DNA of 52,787 bases from Octopus bimaculoides. Taxonomy: Eukaryota. The stretch is from the NCBI RefSeq assembly GCF_001194135.2, contig NC_068981.1, positions 149,253,042 through 149,305,828 of the forward strand. The letters are read 5' to 3'. The notes beneath the pieces were generated by a model. It made no database searches and was not told the DNA's origin. It was given only the letters and a program-made list of their open reading frames with translations. Numbering within the stretch: the stretch's first letter is position 1; the number at the start of each line of letters is the position of its first letter. Shown here piece by piece: positions 51,747-52,787 of this stretch. Both the position numbers and the translations under genes were made by a program.

Positions 51747-51929
51747 CGGAAGGATGTGAACAGGACGTGGAAGAAGCTTGATGATCTGGAAATGGGGGCT
51801 ATAATGGTCGTCATAGTTGACAGGAGGTAATTCTGTTCCATTTCGTATGTGTCTAATTGTCACCTTCTTCCCAGTTAAATGGGTATGGAGCTGTGAGGCG
51901 AAGATGTAAATTCCACCGTCTGGTAACGC
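51747..51929 (-). CDS. Tbh: Tyramine/dopamine beta-hydroxylase internal exon, 183 nt, phase 0-0: ALPDGGIYIFASQLHTHLTGKKVTIRHIRNGTELPPVNYDDHYSPHFQIIKLLPRPVHILP
   Basis: Acceptor TTATCTTTATAG and donor GTTAGT read directly. IFASQLHTHLTG (CuM His-x-His) and DxHYSPHFQ are DBH/TBH signature motifs; MOXD1 has DFNFQ instead. Confidence 0.96.
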
Positions 51930-52069
51930 CTATAAAGATAATTGATGAAATGACAATAGGGATAGAAAGTGGAACACAAACACCCACTCACTCACACACA
52001 CACAGAGACACACACACACAGACACACACACACAAACACAGGCACAGACACACACAGANNNNNNNNNNC

Positions 52070-52787
52070 CTTCTAAATGACATCAAGTCACAGAACATAG
52101 AAGTCATAGCTATCAGTGAAACCAGACTCAGTAACCCGCGGGCCCTCAAGTTCATGTTTAGCGGACATTTCGACATTTATTTTTCTCCCTGTCTGCCAAA
52201 CATGGGTGGTGGTGGTGCTACCGCGGTGCTTTTTCGGAAGCGTCTGAACCTAAAAGTAAGGCCAATATTCCTAGACCCGGAGGGTAGGCTGGTTGTCTTG
52301 AACGTCGATGGAACAAACGGGTGTGCTTTCCGTCTGATGGCAGTGTATGCACCGTCCTTAACGGGTCGGGCGGATTTCTTTAGACGTCTAGAGGTTTTCC
52401 TGGGAACGTCACGACCTTTACTGTTAGTAGGGGACTGGAACGCCACCTTGGACACGCATATAGATTATGTGGGAGTGGATAGGAGTAGAAGGGGATGTAA
52501 GTGCCTCAAAGACCTGCTCAGACGTTTCCATTTGTCTGATAGGTTCCGACTCGACCATCCGAACGTGCCAACGTGGACTTGGACAAACCGCGTCGGATCG
52601 TCGAGATCGTATCTAGATAGAGTTCTATGTAGGACAGCGGATAGAGATAGTGTAGGATGTCCACAATTTAAAATAGTCAGCTACACAGATCACAAGTTTG
52701 TGACGTGTACGCTCGACTTAGATAAGACACATAGGCAGGGTCCCGGTTACTGGAAACTGAACGCTTCGCTCTTAGTGCGGCAGGTTT
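52070..52787 (+). mobile_element. Non-LTR retrotransposon ORF2 apurinic-type endonuclease domain, L1/Tx1 clade; partial, runs off the window
   Basis: About 239 stop-free codons: IAISETRL, G.A.LF, DPEGR.V, AVYAP, LVGDWNA.LD, D.FR..HP..P.WTW, SYLDRV, TDHK, PGYWKLNASLL. GC-richer than its flanks. Confidence 0.93.

Overview
Eukaryotic, AT-rich, microsatellite- and transposon-laden draft scaffold with many N gaps. The SINE/MITE families look like those of Octopus (inference). The ORF track is almost all artefact. Reading splice sites by hand gives two spliced genes, both on the minus strand. (1) The last five coding exons of a tyramine/dopamine beta-hydroxylase (Tbh/DBH orthologue) at 51929-35571, containing all three CuM copper ligands; earlier exons lie beyond the window. 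(2) A four-exon-plus gene at 17811-6554 for a probably secreted protein of at least about 500 aa: two tandem chitin-binding type-2 (peritrophin-A) domains between very long Gly-rich low-complexity blocks. Its signal-peptide exon was not found and two coding stretches fall in gaps. The rest is intronic or intergenic: a stop-free Tx1/L1-clade endonuclease ORF at the right edge, an R4/Dong-type fragment abutting (TAA)n, mariner, Tc1, pogo and hAT relics, hAT MITEs with 8-bp TSDs, tRNA-derived SINEs, two long inverted repeats and many microsatellites. No rRNA, true tRNA or CRISPR array was seen.
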